A stretch of 64,000 bases of DNA, taken from Auanema rhodensis (taxonomy: Eukaryota > Animalia > Nematoda). The position numbers were made by a program, and so were the translations under genes. The first letter of the stretch is position 1. Every line of letters begins with the position of its first letter. Positions 59,001-64,000 of this stretch are shown piece after piece. The notes under the pieces are model-generated. The model ran no database searches. It saw only the letters and a list, made by a program, of their open reading frames with translations, and was not told the origin of the DNA. The DNA is taken from NCBI GenBank assembly GCA_964057225.1, contig OZ059897.1:7874001-7938000 (forward strand). The letters run 5' to 3'.

Positions 59001-62000
59001 CGATCCCGGCCGTATGCTTCATCTCTTTTTTCTTCAACACCTTTTGAATCTGGATAAAGTACATTTTTGATATTTTCAAAGTCGGGACCCAATGACTTGT
59101 AGTTCGAACTTGATGTGCCAAGATATAACGAGAGCGTCAGCCCGTGTGACCTAATGGATGAGGCGTCTGACTTCTAATCAGAAGATTGTCGGTTCGATCC
59201 CGGCCGTGGGCTTCATCTCTTTTTGCTTCAACACCTTTTGAATCTGGATAAAGTACATTTCTGATATTTTCAAATTGTGGACCCAATGACTTGTAGTTCG
59301 AACTTGATGTGCCAAGATATTAGGAGAGCGTCAGCCCGCGTGGCCTAATGGATAAGGCGTCTGACTTCTAATCAGAAGATTGTCGGTTCGATCCCGGCCG
59401 TGGGCTTCATCTGTTTTTGCTTCAACACCTTTTGAATCTGGATAAAATACATTTCTGATATTTTCAAAGTGTGGACCCAATGACTTGTAGTTCGAACTTG
59501 ATGTGCCAAGATATAACGAGAGCGTCAGCCCGTGTGACCTAATGGATAAGGCGTCTGACTTCTAATCAGAAGATTGTCGGTTCGATCCCGGCCGTGGGCT
59601 TCATCTCTTTTTGCTTCAACACCTTTTGAATCTGGATAAAGTACATTTCTGATATTTTCAAAGTGTGGACCCAATGACTTGTAGTTCGAACTTGATGTGC
59701 CAAGATATAACGAGAGCGTCAGCCCGCGTGGCCTAATGGATAAGGCGTCTGACTTCTAATCAGAAGATTGTCGGTTCGATCCCGGCCGTGGGCTTCATCT
59801 CTTTTTGCTTCAACACCTTTTGAATCTGGATAAAGTACATTTCTGATATTTTCAAAGTGTGGACCCAATGACTTGTAGTTCGAACTTGATGTGCCAAGAT
59901 ATAAAGAGAGCGTCAGCCCGCGTGGCCTAATGGATAAGGCGTCTGACTTCTAATCAGAAGATTGTCGGTTCGATCCCGGCCGTGGGCTTCATCTCTTTTT
60001 TCTTCAACACCTTTTGAATCTGGATAAAGTACATTTTTGATATTTTCAAAGTCGGGACCCAATGACTTGTAGTTCGAACTTGATGTGCCAAGATATAACG
60101 AGAGCGTCAGCCCGTGTGACCTAATGGATGAGGCGTCTGACTTCTAATCAGAAGATTGTCGGTTCGATCCCGGCCGTGGGCTTCATCTCTTTTTGCTTCA
60201 ACACCTTTTGAATCTGGATAAAGTACATTTCTGATATTTTCAAAGTGTGGACCCAATGACTTGTAGTTCGAACTTGATGTGCCAAGATATAACGAGAGCG
60301 TCAGCCCGCGTGGCCTAATGGATAAATCGTCTGACTTCTAATCAGAAGATTGTCGGTTCGATCCCGGCCGTGGGCTTCATCTCTTTTTGCTTCAACACCT
60401 TTTGAATCTGGATAAAGTACATTTCTGATATTTTCAAAGTGTGGACCCAATGACTTGTAGTTCGAACTTGATGTGCCAAGATATAACGAGAGCGTCAGCC
60501 CGCGTGGCCTAATGGATAAGGCGTCTGACTTCTAATCAGAAGATTGTCGGTTCGATCCCGGCCGTGGGCTTCATCTCTTTTTGCTTCAACACCTTTTGAA
60601 TCTGGATAAAGTACATTTCTGATATTTTCAAAGTGTGGACCCAATGACTTGTAGTTCGAACTTGATGTGCCAAGATATAACGAGAGCGTCAGCCCGCGTG
60701 GCCTAATGGATAAGGCGTCTGACTTCTAATCAGAAGATTGTCGGTTCGATCCCGGCCGTGGGCTTCATCTCTTTTTTCTTCAACACCTTTTGAATCTGGA
60801 TAAAGTACATTTCTGATATTTTCAAAGTGTGGACCCAATGACTTGTAGTTCGAACTTGATGTGCCAAGATATAACGAGAGCGTCAGCCCGCGTGGCCTAA
60901 TGGATAAGGCGTCTGACTTCTAATCAGAAGATTGTCGGTTCGATCCCGGCCGTGGGCTTCATCTCTTTTTGCTTCAACACCTTTTGAATCTGGATAAAGT
61001 ACATTTCTGATATTTTCAAAGTGTGGACCCAATGACTTGTAGTTCGAACTTGATGTGCCAAGATATAACGAGAGCGTCAGCCCGCGTGGCCTAATGGATA
61101 AGGCGTCTGACTTCTAATCAGAAGATTGTCGGTTCGATCCCGGCCGTGGGCTTCATCTCTTTTTTCTTCAACACCTTTTGAATCTGGATAAAGTACATTT
61201 CTGATATTTTCAAAGTGTGGACCCAATGACTTGTAGTTCGAACTTGATGTGCCAAGATATAACGAGAGCGTCAGCCCGCGTGGCCTAATGGATAAGGCGT
61301 CTGACTTCTAATCAGAAGATTGTCGGTTCGATCCCGGCCGTGGGCTTCATCTCTTTTTGCTTCAACACCTTTTGAATCTGGATAAAGTACATTTCTGATA
61401 TTTTCAAATTGTGGACCCAATGACTTGTAGTTCGAACTTGATGTGCCAAGATATTAGGAGAGCGTCAGCCCGCGTGGCCTAATGGATAAGGCGTCTGACT
61501 TCTAATCAGAAGATTGTCGGTTCGATCCCGGCCGTGGGCTTCATCTCTTTTTGCTTCAACACCTTTTGAATCTGGATAAAGTACATTTTTGATATTTTCA
61601 AATTGTGGACCCAATGACTTGTAGTTCGAACTTGATGTGCCAAGATATAACGAGAGCGTCAGCCCGCGTGGCCTAATGGATAAGGCGTCTGACTTCTAAT
61701 CAGAAGATTGTCGGTTCGATCCCGGCCGTGGGCTTCATCTCTTTTTGCTTCAACACCTTTTGAATCTGGATAAAGTACATTTTTGATATTTTCAAAGTCG
61801 GGACCCAATGACTTGTAGTTCGAACTTGATGTGCCAAGATATAACGAGAGCGTCAGCCCGCGTGGCCTAATGGATAAGGCGTCTGACTTCTAATCAGAAG
61901 ATTGTCGGTTCGATCCCGGCCGTGGGCTTCATCTCTTTTTGCTTCAACACCTTTTGAATCTGGATAAAGTACATTTCTGATATTTTCAAAGTGTGGACCC

Positions 62001-64000
62001 AATGACTTGTAGTTCGAACTTGATGTGCCAAGATATAACGAGAGCGTCAGCCCGCGTGGCCTAATGGATAAGGCGTCTGACTTCTAATCAGAAGATTGTC
62101 GGTTCGATCCCGGCCGTGGGCTTCATCTCTTTTTTCTTCAACACCTTTTGAATCTGGATAAAGTACATTTCTGATATTTTCAAAGTGTGGACCCAATGAC
62201 TTGTAGTTCGAACTTGATGTGCCAAGATATAACGAGAGCGTCAGCCCGCGTGGCCTAATGGATAAGGCGTCTGACTTCTAATCAGAAGATTGTCGGTTCG
62301 ATCCCGGCCGTGGGCTTCATCTCTTTTTGCTTCAACACCTTTTGAATCTGGATAAAGTACATTTCTGATATTTTCAAATTGTGGACCCAATGACTTGTAG
62401 TTCGAACTTGATGTGCCAAGATATTAGGAGAGCGTCAGCCCGCGTGGCCTAATGGATAAGGCGTCTGACTTCTAATCAGAAGATTGTCGGTTCGATCCCG
62501 GCCGTGGGCTTCATCTCTTTTTGCTTCAACACCTTTTGAATCTGGATAAAGTACATTTTTGATATTTTCAAATTGTGGACCCAATGACTTGTAGTTCGAA
62601 CTTGATGTGCCAAGATATTAGGAGAGCGTCAGCCCGCGTGGCCTAATGGATAAGGCGTCTGACTTCTAATCAGAAGATTGTCGGTTCGATCCCGGCCGTG
62701 GGCTTCATCTCTTTTTGCTTCAACACCTTTTGAATCTGGATAAAGTACATTTTTGATATTTTCAAACTCGGGACCCAATGACTTGTAGTTCGAACTTGAT
62801 GTGCCAAGATATAAAGAGAGCGTCAGCCCGCGTGGCCTAATGGATAAGGCGTCTGACTTCTAATCAGAAGATTGTCGGTTCGATCCCGGCCGTGGGCTTC
62901 ATCTCTTTTTGCTTCAACACCTTTTGAATCTGGATAAAGTACATTTTTGATATTTTCAAAGTCGGGACCCAATGACTTGTAGTTCGAACTTGATGTGCCA
63001 AGATATAACGAGAGCGTCAGCCCGCGTGGCCTAATGGATAAGGCGTCTGACTTCTAATCAGAAGATTGTCGGTTCGATCCCGGCCGTGGGCTTCATCTCT
63101 TTTTGCTTCAACACCTTTTGAATCTGGATAAAGTACATTTCTGATATTTTCAAAGTGTGGACCCAATGACTTGTAGTTCGAACTTGATGTGCCAAGATAT
63201 AACGAGAGCGTCAGCCCGCGTGGCCTAATGGATAAGGCGTCTGACTTCTAATCAGAAGATTGTCGGTTCGATCCCGGCCGTGGGCTTCATCTCTTTTTTC
63301 TTCAACACCTTTTGAATCTGGATAAAGTACATTTCTGATATTTTCAAAGTGTGGACCCAATGACTTGTAGTTCGAACTTGATGTGCCAAGATATAACGAG
63401 AGCGTCAGCCCGCGTGGCCTAATGGATAAGGCGTCTGACTTCTAATCAGAAGATTGTCGGTTCGATCCCGGCCGTGGGCTTCATCTCTTTTTGCTTCAAC
63501 ACCTTTTGAATCTGGATAAAGTACATTTTTGATATTTTCAAACTCGGGACCCAATGACTTGTAGTTCGAACTTGATGTGCCAAGATATAACGAGAGCGTC
63601 AGCCCGCGTGGCCTAATGGATAAGGCGTCTGACTTCTAATCAGAAGATTGTCGGTTCGATCCCGGCCGTGGGCTTCATCTCTTTTTGCTTCAACACCTTT
63701 TGAATCTGGATAAAGTACATTTCTGATATTTTCAAAGTGTGGACCCAATGACTTGTAGTTCGAACTTGATGTGCCAAGATATAACGAGAGCGTCAGCCCG
63801 CGTGGCCTAATGGATAAGGCGTCTGACTTCTAATCAGAAGATTGTCGGTTCGATCCCGGCCGTGGGCTTCATCTCTTTTTGCTTCAACACCTTTTGAATC
63901 TGGATAAAGTACATTTTTGATATTTTCAAAGTCGGGACCCAATGACTTGTAGTTCGAACTTGATGTGCCAAGATATAACGAGAGCGTCAGCCCGCGTGGC

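Larger units (their letters stand above)
43955..64000 (+). repeat. 194-bp tRNA-Arg(TCT) tandem array, right arm (103 full tRNA copies + 1 partial)
   Basis: tRNA starts run from 44010 to 63990, i.e. 103x194 minus 2. Two 1-bp deletions (TTTTCAAGTATGG) near 54230 and 58886 account for the difference. Confidence 0.98.

Overview
Eukaryotic DNA, probably from a nematode (inferred from the tRNA sequence, short AT-rich intron and splice motifs, and env type). The window is a homogeneous 194-bp tandem array in which every unit carries one intronless tRNA-Arg(TCT) gene plus a Pol III T-run terminator. Periodicity gives 164 copies left of the interruption and 103 full plus 1 partial copy right of it, and the array runs off both window ends. 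It is interrupted once by an intact, very young 12,071-bp Ty3/gypsy LTR element on the minus strand (31884-43954). The element has identical 366-bp LTRs with non-canonical CG...CG ends, a 4-bp GGAC target-site duplication and a tRNA-Gln primer-binding site. Its most unusual property is one uninterrupted 2901-codon ORF in the order Gag - internal signal peptide - herpesvirus-gB-like (class III) envelope - TM anchor - protease - RT - RNase H - integrase. Env therefore sits inside the Gag-Pol polyprotein, resembling a flavivirus-style membrane-threaded precursor. The 1.9-kb leader also appears to hold a spliced antisense accessory gene, and U5 plus leader carry multipartite complementarity to the primer tRNA.
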